A stretch of DNA of 16,129 nucleotides, from the IMG/VR virus record IMGVR_UViG_2563367001_000002; one strand, given 5' to 3'. Below the pieces are notes generated by a model that saw only the letters and a list, made by a program, of their open reading frames with translations, ran no database searches and was not told the origin of the DNA. Within the stretch, counting starts at the first letter, position 1, and each line of letters begins with the position of its first letter. Source of the DNA: a virus. Its lineage: Duplodnaviria; Heunggongvirae; Uroviricota; Caudoviricetes. This document shows, piece by piece, positions 8,442 to 15,848 of this stretch. Made by a program: the position numbers and the translations under genes.

Positions 8442-10820
8442 ATGGCAGCAGTAAAAATCTCAGGTGTGCTGAAAGATGGTGCGGGAAAACCAATACAGAA
8501 CTGCACTATTCAACTGAAGGCAAAGCGTAACAGCACCACGGTACTGGTGAACACGGTGGCTTCTGAAAATCCGGATGAAGCCGGACGTTACAGCATGGAT
8601 GTTGAGTATGGCCAGTACAGCGTCACCCTGCTGGTTGAAGGTTTTCCGCCTTCACATGCCGGGACCATTACCGTCTATGAAGGCTCCAGACCAGGTACGC
8701 TGAATGATTTTCTCGGTGCCATGACGGAAGATGATGTCATGCCGGAGGCATTGCGTCGTTTTGAGGAAATGGTGGAAGAAGCGGCACGCAACGCTGAAGC
8801 CGCCTCTCAGAGCGCAGCGGCGGCAAAGAAATCCGAAACTGCAGCGGCATCATCGAAGAACGCGGCGAAAACCTCAGAAACGAATGCAGCTAATAGTGCA
8901 CAGGCGGCAGCGACCTCAAAGACTGCATCGGCAAACTCCGCGACAGCAGCCAAAAAATCAGAAACCAACGCGAAAAATAGCGAGACAGCCGCAAAGACGA
9001 GCGAAACCAACGCAAAGTCCAGCCAGACGGCAGCGAAAACCAGCGAAACGAATGCCAAAGCCAGTGAAACTGCGGCAAAAAACAGCCAGGTTGCAGCAGC
9101 CCAAATCGAGAGCGCGGCAGCCGGTTCTGCGACTTCAGCAGCTGGATCAGCAACTGCTGCGGCTAACAGCCAGAAAGCTGCGAAGACGAGTGAAACTAAC
9201 GCAAAGTTCAGCCAGACGGCAGCGAAGACCAGCGAAACGAATGCCAAAGCCAGCGAAACTGCGGCGAAAAACAGTCAGGATGCAGCAGCCCAAAGCGAGA
9301 GTGCTGCAGCTGGTTCTGCAAGCGCGGCGGCTGCTTCTGCCACTGCATCAGCCAACAGTCAAAAAGCAGCAAAAACCAGTGAAACCAATGCAAAGACAAG
9401 CGAGACTGCAGCGGCGAACTCGGCGAAAGCATCGGCAGCAAGCCAGACAGCAGCTAAAGCAAGTGAAGACGCAGCCAGAGAGTATGCAAGTCAGGCAGCA
9501 GAGCCGTATAAATATGTCTTACAGCCGCTGCCTGATGTGTGGATACCATTTAACGATTCGCTGGATATGATTACGGGCTTTTCGCCATCATATAAAAAAA
9601 TTGTTATTGGTGACGATGAAATAACGATGCCTGGCGACAAGATTGTTAAGTTTAAACGTGCATCGAAAGCAACCTATATTAACAAATCTGGTGTGCTGAC
9701 AGAGGCTGCCATTGACGAGCCACGATTTGAACGTGATGGCCTGCTTATTGAGGGGCAAAGAACAAACTACATGCTCAATTCGGAAAGCCCTGCAAGTTGG
9801 GGGCGATCATCAAATATGGATGTGCCCGAAACAGGGACGGATAATTTTGGTTTTACCTATGGAAAGTTTGTCTGCAACGATTCTCTGATTGGGCAAACCT
9901 CAGCCATTAATATGGCATCAATTGCTGCAACAAAGTCAGTTGATGTCTCAGGCGATAATAAACACGTGACAACCTCATGTCGTTTTAAAACAGAACTGCA
10001 GGTAAGGTTGCGTATCCGGTTTGATAAATATGACGGTAGCACAACAACTTTTCTTGGTGATGCGTATATTGATACACAAACGCTTGAAATTAATATGACA
10101 GGCGGTGCTGCCTCAAGAATTACAGCGAGAGTCAGAAAGGACGAAGCTACCGGATGGATTTTTGCAGAGGCAACAATTCAGGCAATTGATGGGGAGTTAA
10201 AAATAGGCTCTCAGATACAGTATTCTCCTGGGCAGGGTGGGGCAACAGTATCTGGTGACTATATTTATCTTGCCACCCCACAAGTAGAGAATGGGCCGTG
10301 TGTATCATCATTTATTATTTCAGGAGGCAGCGCAACGACAAGAGCCAGTGATTTGGTTAGTATCCCCACCAGAAATAATCTTTATAAGTTACCATTTACT
10401 TTTTTACTTGAGATTCATAAAAACTGGGATATTGCACCAAACGCCGCACCCCGCGTGTGGGATATAGCAGCAGCCAATACCGGGCAATCAGCAATTGCAG
10501 CAATCAACAGAGGTAGTGGTAAGTTATATATGAGTCTGTCAAACCCTTCAGGCTCGTATGTTAATAGCGCAGCGACAGATGTATTTGCAGAGAAAACCAC
10601 ATTTGGATGTATTGCAAAAGCTGATGGTCACTTTCATGTGGTGACAAATGGTAAAGCGGTTAATGAAGTTTATTGTGAATATAATGGCGTGACCGCTGAT
10701 AAAAATATCCGATTTGGAGGGCAGACGAATACTGGAGAACGACATCTGTTTGGCCATATTCGCAATTTCCGCATATGGCATAAAGAATTAAATGACAGGC
10801 AATTAAAAGAGGTCGTATGA
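8442..10820 (+). CDS. stf: Side tail fibre protein (Stf-like N-terminus, Ala/Ser/Thr-rich repeat shaft, LamG/ConA-like C-terminal domain)
   Basis: N-terminus MAVKISGVLKDGAGKPIQNCTIQLKAKRNSTT... matches the lambda Stf N-terminus as I recall it. I chose the ATG at 8442 with GGAG 5-8 nt upstream; the ORF track's 8436 is a GTG two codons earlier. The central part has KTSETNAK-type repeats. The C-terminus ends ...IRFGGQTNTGERHLFGHIRNFRIWHKELNDRQLKEVV, the typical end of a LamG (concanavalin-like lectin) domain. Confidence 0.8.
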   Translation: MAAVKISGVLKDGAGKPIQNCTIQLKAKRNSTTVLVNTVASENPDEAGRYSMDVEYGQYSVTLLVEGFPPSHAGTITVYEGSRPGTLNDFLGAMTEDDVMPEALRRFEEMVEEAARNAEAASQSAAAAKKSETAAASSKNAAKTSETNAANSAQAAATSKTASANSATAAKKSETNAKNSETAAKTSETNAKSSQTAAKTSETNAKASETAAKNSQVAAAQIESAAAGSATSAAGSATAAANSQKAAKTSETNAKFSQTAAKTSETNAKASETAAKNSQDAAAQSESAAAGSASAAAASATASANSQKAAKTSETNAKTSETAAANSAKASAASQTAAKASEDAAREYASQAAEPYKYVLQPLPDVWIPFNDSLDMITGFSPSYKKIVIGDDEITMPGDKIVKFKRASKATYINKSGVLTEAAIDEPRFERDGLLIEGQRTNYMLNSESPASWGRSSNMDVPETGTDNFGFTYGKFVCNDSLIGQTSAINMASIAATKSVDVSGDNKHVTTSCRFKTELQVRLRIRFDKYDGSTTTFLGDAYIDTQTLEINMTGGAASRITARVRKDEATGWIFAEATIQAIDGELKIGSQIQYSPGQGGATVSGDYIYLATPQVENGPCVSSFIISGGSATTRASDLVSIPTRNNLYKLPFTFLLEIHKNWDIAPNAAPRVWDIAAANTGQSAIAAINRGSGKLYMSLSNPSGSYVNSAATDVFAEKTTFGCIAKADGHFHVVTNGKAVNEVYCEYNGVTADKNIRFGGQTNTGERHLFGHIRNFRIWHKELNDRQLKEVV
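8991..9413 (+). repeat. In-frame 189-bp (63-aa) tandem repeat inside stf, about 2.2 copies, roughly 90% identical
   Basis: Unit A 8991-9179 (gcaaagacgagcgaaaccaacgcaaag...) recurs as unit B 9180-9368 (gcgaagacgagtgaaactaacgcaaag...), with a partial third copy to about 9413. Protein-level repeat ...AKTSETNAK(S/F)SQTAAKTSETNAKASETAAKNSQ...ANSQKA. Confidence 0.85.
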
Positions 10821-11095
10821 AAGATTTAACTTTGAAGTTTCATGACAAACTGCAGTTTAAGGCCTTCCTGTCATCTCTTGGCTGGGCGGAAGATGAAGAC
10901 CTCCAGAATAAACTGTTAGTTGATGAAATTGGTTTCACCTACACAGAAACAGGGGTAACAGAAGAGGGAGAACCTGTCTGTATCCGGAATGATGGTTATT
11001 TTGTCAACATTCGCATTCTTGATGACTTGTTTGATGTTTCTGTATTCTCTGATTATGTCGTGGAGCTGGAAACACCGCTTCGGGAATGGAGCTGA
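10817..11095 (+). CDS. Hypothetical acidic protein, 92 aa, translationally coupled to stf
   Basis: ATG overlaps the stf stop (ATGA, 10817-10820). Good SD (AAGAGG) 6 nt upstream. No TM segment, net acidic. I recognise no family. About 41% GC. Confidence 0.55.
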   Translation: MKDLTLKFHDKLQFKAFLSSLGWAEDEDLQNKLLVDEIGFTYTETGVTEEGEPVCIRNDGYFVNIRILDDLFDVSVFSDYVVELETPLREWS

Positions 11096-11107
11096 AAGGA
11101 GGAAATA

Positions 11108-11401
11108 ATGGATATAAGCCCCTTACTTCATGCACTTTGTGCTGTGGCTGCGCAGATACTGGTTGGTCTTTTTACCGGAAACTGGGCTTACGGAGCGATA
11201 GCCGGTTGTACGTTCTTCATTGCGCGTGAACATACCCAGGCAGAATATCGCTGGATTGAAATGTTCGGGCATGGCAAGCGAATGAATATGCCGTGGTGGG
11301 GCGGTTTTGATCCGCGAGCTTGGGATGTGGCAAGCCTGATGGATTTTGCTGTGCCGGTGGTGGCGTGTCTGCTGGTCTGGCTGTTGGTTAATCGTGGGTG
11401 A
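11108..11401 (+). CDS. Hypothetical small membrane protein, 97 aa, two predicted TM helices
   Basis: Strong SD (AAGGAGG) 5-6 nt before the ATG. Hydrophobic stretches LLHALCAVAAQILVGLFTGNWAYGAIAGCTFFI and FAVPVVACLLVWLLV. Family not recognised. Confidence 0.55.
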   Translation: MDISPLLHALCAVAAQILVGLFTGNWAYGAIAGCTFFIAREHTQAEYRWIEMFGHGKRMNMPWWGGFDPRAWDVASLMDFAVPVVACLLVWLLVNRG

Positions 11402-11411
11402 AAAAAGGTGA

Positions 11412-11541
11412 GCTGTATATGCAACGGAGGAAGAAACCCCGTTGCTGGAAGCCAGGAAAAAGTATCGGGTGTTGCTGAACCGTGTTGATACATCAACTGC
11501 ACCTGATATTGAGTGGCCTACGAACCCTGTCAGGGAGTAAT
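11412..11541 (+). pseudogene. tfa: Tail fibre assembly protein (Tfa) C-terminal remnant, about 42 codons (tfaD-like)
   Basis: Frame translates ...[39 protein letters not shown], matching the conserved Tfa C-terminal motif (...[26 protein letters not shown]). No N-terminal part; an in-frame stop lies immediately upstream (11409-11411). Confidence 0.7.
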
Positions 11542-11554
11542 CATTGGGATTATG

Positions 11555-11604
11555 CCGCAGCACGTCTTAAGCAAGAACGTGCTGCGGTTGGATGCTATTT
11601 TTTC
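11555..11604. terminator. Hairpin between the convergent Tfa remnant and methyltransferase gene (candidate bidirectional terminator)
   Basis: Perfect 11-bp stem CCGCAGCACGT / ACGTGCTGCGG (11555-11565 and 11577-11587) with an 11-nt loop; a T-run (TATTTTTT) lies 9 nt downstream on the + strand. No U-tract on the minus-strand side. Confidence 0.45.
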
Positions 11605-12263
11605 CCTGAAGCGGAAAACATTACTACAGTACCTTGAACCTTGGTTTTAACATTCTCGAAATGCTCTGAGAGTATATGTGTTAAGCCTTCTTCGGAATCT
11701 TTTGTGTTTGAAAAGATGCCTTTCTGATTGTAAATGCGCATCAGTTTTTGACCGAAGCTATTGTGCACAACGCCGTCACCAAGAATTGTGGCTCCGTATA
11801 GAGTTCCATCGTCAGTTAAGGCCTGCGCCGCATTGCGTATTACACAGCTTTTTGTAGATATATTTCCAGGCAGGCAGTGAAGAAGGTAAAACATGGAAAT
11901 GGAATCAAATTGACCATGTAACGCCGCGGGATAAGGATCAAAAACATCATGGCTAATTTTATGTTTAATTTTTGATTCCCCAGCCCTTGTAGATGCCGCG
12001 TTCAGGCTAGCTTCGTTCAAATCCATTAAAGATATCAGACTACTCTCAGGTACGTGAGTAAGGTAAAACCCAGTTCCAACACCAATATCCAGATGGTTGT
12101 TACCTAAATGTTCCAGAAAGTGTGGAAGAAGGTGTTCCTTTGTAGGACATCCCCATGCAAGCCGATTTGATACTCCCAAAACCCACCAGTCATAAAGCTT
12201 TAGGGTAAGTGGTGTGTAAATTTTAGCCCCATCATCTGTGTTTTTTTTCATTAATTTCACCAT
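11595..12263 (-). CDS. ybcY: Class I SAM-dependent methyltransferase (ybcY-like), 222 aa
   Basis: Motif I LDIGVGTG (GxGxG), acidic residue in LMDLNE about 20 aa later, motif II-like FDSISMFYLLHCLP. Sits between two Tfa remnants exactly like ybcY in the K-12 DLP12 tfaD-ybcY-tfaX arrangement; the symbol is assigned from that context. A second in-frame ATG at codon 5 (CDS 11595..12251) has a better SD (GGTGA). Low GC. Confidence 0.7.
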   Translation of the reverse strand: MVKLMKKNTDDGAKIYTPLTLKLYDWWVLGVSNRLAWGCPTKEHLLPHFLEHLGNNHLDIGVGTGFYLTHVPESSLISLMDLNEASLNAASTRAGESKIKHKISHDVFDPYPAALHGQFDSISMFYLLHCLPGNISTKSCVIRNAAQALTDDGTLYGATILGDGVVHNSFGQKLMRIYNQKGIFSNTKDSEEGLTHILSEHFENVKTKVQGTVVMFSASGKK

Positions 12264-12319
12264 GTTATAGTTTTATTTGTGAATTAAATCAATTATGGCG
12301 ATGAATTACAAGGGGTTAA

Positions 12320-12618
12320 ATGCTGCCGCAGCATAGCGATATTGAAATAGCCTGGTATGCTTCGATACAGCAGGAGCCGAATGGCTGGAAGACCGTCACC
12401 ACACAGTTCTACATCCAGGAATTCAGTGAGTATATTGCGCCACTGCAGGATGCTGGGAAATCGCAACGGAGGAAGAAAGATCGTTGCTGGAGGCATGGAA
12501 TAAATATCGGGTATTGTTGAATCGTGTTGATACATCAGTAGCTCTGGGTATGAAGCTGTTTGTAACTCATGTTACAGTAACAACCATTACTATCTCGAAG
12601 GTGCAAAATGTATATTGA
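12320..12618 (+). pseudogene. tfa: Tail fibre assembly protein pseudogene (tfaX-like), frameshifted
   Basis: One frame gives ...[10 protein letters not shown] and, after a shift of frame near 12455, ...[30 protein letters not shown]... These are both parts of the conserved Tfa C-terminal domain, split across frames. The C-terminus diverges from the Tfa consensus after VDTS. Confidence 0.6.
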
Positions 12619-12746
12619 TTTGATATTTTATAAATTTACTTCGAATCTGGCACGTCAACTTTTGATTAAAGTAATATCAGTTTTCGGCGAAAAAAGGACC
12701 GTGTATATGAGACGATTTCATACAAGAATAACAAAAATATGAATAT

Positions 12747-12780
12747 GCTCCCAATGCAATATATGTTTTGCATTGGGAGC
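12747..12780 (-). terminator. Rho-independent terminator for the minus-strand peptidase gene
   Basis: Perfect 12-bp stem GCTCCCAATGCA / TGCATTGGGAGC with a 10-nt loop, 22 nt downstream of the peptidase stop. On the minus-strand transcript it is followed by AUAUUCAUAUUUUUGUUAUU. Confidence 0.65.
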
Positions 12781-12801
12781 AAATAGCGGAATATTTTGAA
12801 A

Positions 12802-14286
12802 TTATTGTATTTCTGCTTCAGAATTTCCTGGGCAGTATATATTTTCTATTTTTTGTGGAGTGATCAGGTGATGTACAACTGCTTTATCTACACATAAATT
12901 AACTCCGGTGAGAGCTAATGTATGCCCATCACCATTTATTGTTAGTAACGGGCTGGAAAATTTCTCTGCCATCTTACGGGCATTAATCCAGGGCGTTGTT
13001 GGGTCGTATTTGTGTGCTACAAACAGTAAACCAGAGGGCAGAACAGTATTTTTCAGGCGAGTTTTGTTCAGGTCGCTATGTATTGGCCATAATTCACAAA
13101 AATCAGGTGAATCGGAACGTCCATTGTCAAAGTTAATGGCCGGGAAGGCATTCGCAAGAGCGTCTTTTCGGGATTTTCGCTCTTCTGGTGTTAATTGCTC
13201 ATCCCCCTGATCTACACAGAGGATTACCCCCGAAGCATCGCTTGACTCTTCTGAGGCTATCGGAGCACTGAGCGCAGTTTCAATTTCATTACTGACAATC
13301 CCCTGAGAGAACTGGCGTATGGCAGTTGCAAGGGTTGGCCATGATGAACGCCATAGCAGAAGGTCTGTTGTTAATGATATGAGTTCATCTGAAGATATAT
13401 TTTCTCCCTTACTGTCTAATAAAGGTTTGTGATGTAATTTTGATAATAGCTCATGGAACTGAGTTATTGCCTTATCTCTGTCTGAAGAAAGCGGGCAACT
13501 TTTTGTACGCGCACACCAGGATGCAAAGCGATCAAACGTTTCCTGATAACTCTGTGCCTGTTTGAGTTGCCATGTGAAGTTGTCCTCCAGGTCATCGATA
13601 TCGACGACTCCATCAAGAACGATAGATCTTACGTTGTAGGGAAAACGTTCTGCATATAAGGCTGCAATTTGAGTTCCATACGAATACGCCACGGCTGTCA
13701 GTTGTTTATCCCCCAAGGCTTGCCTAATACGATCAATATCGTATACAGCCTCGTTAGAGCCGATATGGCGAATGACTTCGGCTCCGGTATTATGGATACA
13801 GGCATTAATTTTATTTAATACTTGTTGCTTTTCGGTTATGTTTTCCTGAGTCTCTGTATCTGATTGCCGGCAGTTTATTGTCGGAGTGGACTGTCCGACG
13901 CCTCGAGGATCAAATCCAATAATATCCCATGACTCACGAAGATTTGTGACTGGCCAGTCAAAGTTAATATAAGGATTTATGCCTGGTAACCCGGGACCAC
14001 CACTTATTATCAGGATACTTCCTTTATGCTTGCTTTTTGCCGGCAATTTTGTCAACGCTAGTTTGACTTGTGATTTTTTTTCATAAGAAGCATCTCCGCC
14101 TGTGTCTGTATATTTTAATGGAACAGACAAATAACCACATAGTAAGTCAGGAGACGGTTTTTCCTCACCAAACCAGTGGTTGAATTGACTGGCCATACAG
14201 GATTGCCACTGTATCTGCTGGGCAGATACGGTTACTGGTAGAAGTAACGTTAAAACAACTTTGAAATGAGTAATTATTTTTCGCAT
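12802..14286 (-). CDS. Signal-peptide-bearing (exported) alpha/beta-hydrolase peptidase, S33 / TAP-like (tripeptidyl or prolyl aminopeptidase family), 494 aa
   Basis: N-terminal signal peptide (MRKIITHFKVVLTLLLPVTVSA|QQ). GGPG oxyanion motif (ILIISGGPGLPG), GFDPRGVGQS, nucleophile elbow AYSYGT (GxSYG-type), C-terminal Asp/His region (INGDGHTLAL). Low GC. Confidence 0.75.
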   Translation of the reverse strand: MRKIITHFKVVLTLLLPVTVSAQQIQWQSCMASQFNHWFGEEKPSPDLLCGYLSVPLKYTDTGGDASYEKKSQVKLALTKLPAKSKHKGSILIISGGPGLPGINPYINFDWPVTNLRESWDIIGFDPRGVGQSTPTINCRQSDTETQENITEKQQVLNKINACIHNTGAEVIRHIGSNEAVYDIDRIRQALGDKQLTAVAYSYGTQIAALYAERFPYNVRSIVLDGVVDIDDLEDNFTWQLKQAQSYQETFDRFASWCARTKSCPLSSDRDKAITQFHELLSKLHHKPLLDSKGENISSDELISLTTDLLLWRSSWPTLATAIRQFSQGIVSNEIETALSAPIASEESSDASGVILCVDQGDEQLTPEERKSRKDALANAFPAINFDNGRSDSPDFCELWPIHSDLNKTRLKNTVLPSGLLFVAHKYDPTTPWINARKMAEKFSSPLLTINGDGHTLALTGVNLCVDKAVVHHLITPQKIENIYCPGNSEAEIQ

Positions 14287-14424
14287 TGTGTCTCTGAATA
14301 TCGGAATAAAGATAAGATTTGAATATATTGAGGTCTTGTGTTGCGGTAAGAGATTACACGTTATGACATAGGTTAAATGCTTACAAAATTAGTGGATATT
14401 GTCTACTTGTAACTGTAAACAAAT

Positions 14425-14453
14425 TCCCCGGGGTTATACAATACCACCGGGGA
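14425..14453 (-). terminator. Candidate terminator for ompT
   Basis: TCCCCGG ... CCGGGGA inverted repeat (7-bp stem, 15-nt loop) about 20 nt downstream of the ompT stop, followed on the minus-strand transcript by AUUUGUUUAC. Confidence 0.5.
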
Positions 14454-14472
14454 GAAAATCTGGTTAACTTCG

Positions 14473-15426
14473 TTAAAAGGTGTACTTAAGACCAGCAGTA
14501 GTGATGAAGTTATAGTTTTCTATGCCTGCACCATTTTTGCTGTAGTCTGAAGTGTTATCATTGTGATCATAAAGTGAAGTATTACCTTTTTTATTCGTAA
14601 CCCGATTCCATGCGCCTTCAACATAAACTTTTGCGTTAGGTGTTACGTAATAACCTGCATTGACTGCAACAGAATAGTAATTTTGGTCTTTGACTTTACT
14701 GCGATAAGTGATTCTTTTTCCTGGGTCATAGTGCTCATCGTTATCAGATGCTTCCACCCAGCCGCTGTATTTAAATGTGCCACCTAGCTCAAAATCTTCA
14801 TAACGATAACTTCCAGTCAAGCCAATGTAGGGCATTTTAAAACGTTGTTTGTAGCCGATTGCTCTTTCTCCATTCGGGAAGGAGCCGATATCATCTCTGA
14901 ATCCCTCCTCAGAACTGTAGATATAGGAACCACCTCTGGCTGTAAAGCTATAACGGCTTTCCTGATATCCGGCCATGAGTCCCAGGCGGTAATTGGGTTC
15001 GTTGAGGAGCCAGCCTTTGATATTCAGATCAAATTCGTTGGCATAATTGAGTTGTGTATCAGGGTGCCTACTTTCATCTGTCCAGGTTCCGGGGTTACTG
15101 GAATCCATCCAGTCCTGATCGACCATATTGCCACCTCGGCTGCCGAGAGTAGTCCAGCCCGCAGCCCCAATAGATATCTGGGGCATCAAATCCCAATTAA
15201 TTGCACCTTTAATAATTGCAGCGTTATTGAATTTCCAGTCAAGTTGACTGACTTTTCGGCCTCCTTCTTCGGCTAGATAAACACGCTCTTTTGTTTTTCC
15301 GCTCAGAGTTCCAAGACTAATGTCCGCATTTATGTTGTCAGGAGTAAACGATAAAGTCTCGGTAGAAGCAAAAGAGCTGATCGCAATAGGGGTTGTCAGG
15401 ACTATTCCCAGAAGTTTCGCCCGCAT
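14473..15426 (-). CDS. ompT: Outer membrane protease OmpT (omptin, peptidase family A26), 317 aa
   Basis: 317-aa ORF with signal peptide MRAKLLGIVLTTPIAISSFA and C-terminal ...TTAGLKYTF. Essentially collinear with E. coli K-12 OmpT as I recall it. GGAG SD 8 nt upstream of the ATG. Confidence 0.93.
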   Translation of the reverse strand: MRAKLLGIVLTTPIAISSFASTETLSFTPDNINADISLGTLSGKTKERVYLAEEGGRKVSQLDWKFNNAAIIKGAINWDLMPQISIGAAGWTTLGSRGGNMVDQDWMDSSNPGTWTDESRHPDTQLNYANEFDLNIKGWLLNEPNYRLGLMAGYQESRYSFTARGGSYIYSSEEGFRDDIGSFPNGERAIGYKQRFKMPYIGLTGSYRYEDFELGGTFKYSGWVEASDNDEHYDPGKRITYRSKVKDQNYYSVAVNAGYYVTPNAKVYVEGAWNRVTNKKGNTSLYDHNDNTSDYSKNGAGIENYNFITTAGLKYTF

Positions 15427-15700
15427 AAAAGTTCTCCATTCAATCGTTTTAATGATTGAATATGTATTTTTTATATCTAACTTAATGAGTCAATTACATA
15501 TTGCTCCACTGTTTATATTTTGTTTAGTATTGAATGATTATCACAATGCGCTATCTGTTTTTGGTTTAATTATCTGTTATTGTTTTATGTTGCGGTTTTA
15601 CTGTGTGGTTTTTTATGCTTTTGTGGTGTTTTTATCTATTTAAGCGCCATGCCTTTAGAGGCATATAAGCGAAAATAGCATGAGGTTTATCCTCAATTGC
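15427..15700 (-). promoter_or_regulatory. AT-rich ompT upstream/promoter region
   Basis: Very AT-rich, T-tract-rich non-coding DNA directly upstream of ompT. Contains a 7-bp inverted repeat TTCAATC-N8-GATTGAA at 15437-15458. No promoter elements mapped with confidence. Confidence 0.4.
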
Positions 15701-15848
15701 TATGTTTTTTGGTACAAAAAAGAGGGACAAAACTGAGACACATAAGGCCTCACAATGGCTTGCAAGGCTTTACATGTTTTGAGGTAGTGGGACGTGTGAG
15801 CGCAGAGATGGCGCGGTAAGTTGTTGACTTAAAATGTCGTTCTAGGAA

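Noticed and set aside
8800-9420. Possible CRISPR array suggested by repeated sequence
   Set aside because: The repeats are long (189 bp), contiguous with no unique spacers, in-frame and inside a coding sequence. No short palindromic repeat/spacer architecture and no cas genes.
8731-9570. 279-aa plus-strand alternate-frame ORF and 146-aa minus-strand ORF across the stf repeat region
   Set aside because: Created by the repetitive, Ala-codon-rich sequence (GCN repeats are open in several frames). The translations are Arg/Gln- or Ala/Phe-rich low-complexity. The stf frame is the one with homology and an SD.
8442-10820. Diversity-generating retroelement targeting the fibre's lectin-like C-terminus
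   Set aside because: No reverse transcriptase ORF and no template-repeat/variable-repeat pair: I saw no second copy of the C-terminal coding segment elsewhere in the window.
11400-12620. Gin/Pin/Cin-type invertible fibre-switching segment
   Set aside because: The two Tfa fragments are direct repeats, not inverted ones. No serine invertase gene is present and I saw no gix/hix-like inverted crossover sites. It looks like a recombination scar.
12908-13210. 100-aa plus-strand ORF
   Set aside because: Lies antisense within the S33 peptidase gene, which has a signal peptide and catalytic motifs; no independent support.
15320-15643. 107-aa plus-strand ORF upstream of ompT
   Set aside because: Overlaps the ompT 5' end and runs through extremely AT-rich promoter DNA. 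The translation is Phe/Leu/Ile-rich low-complexity with no SD; it is a compositional artefact.
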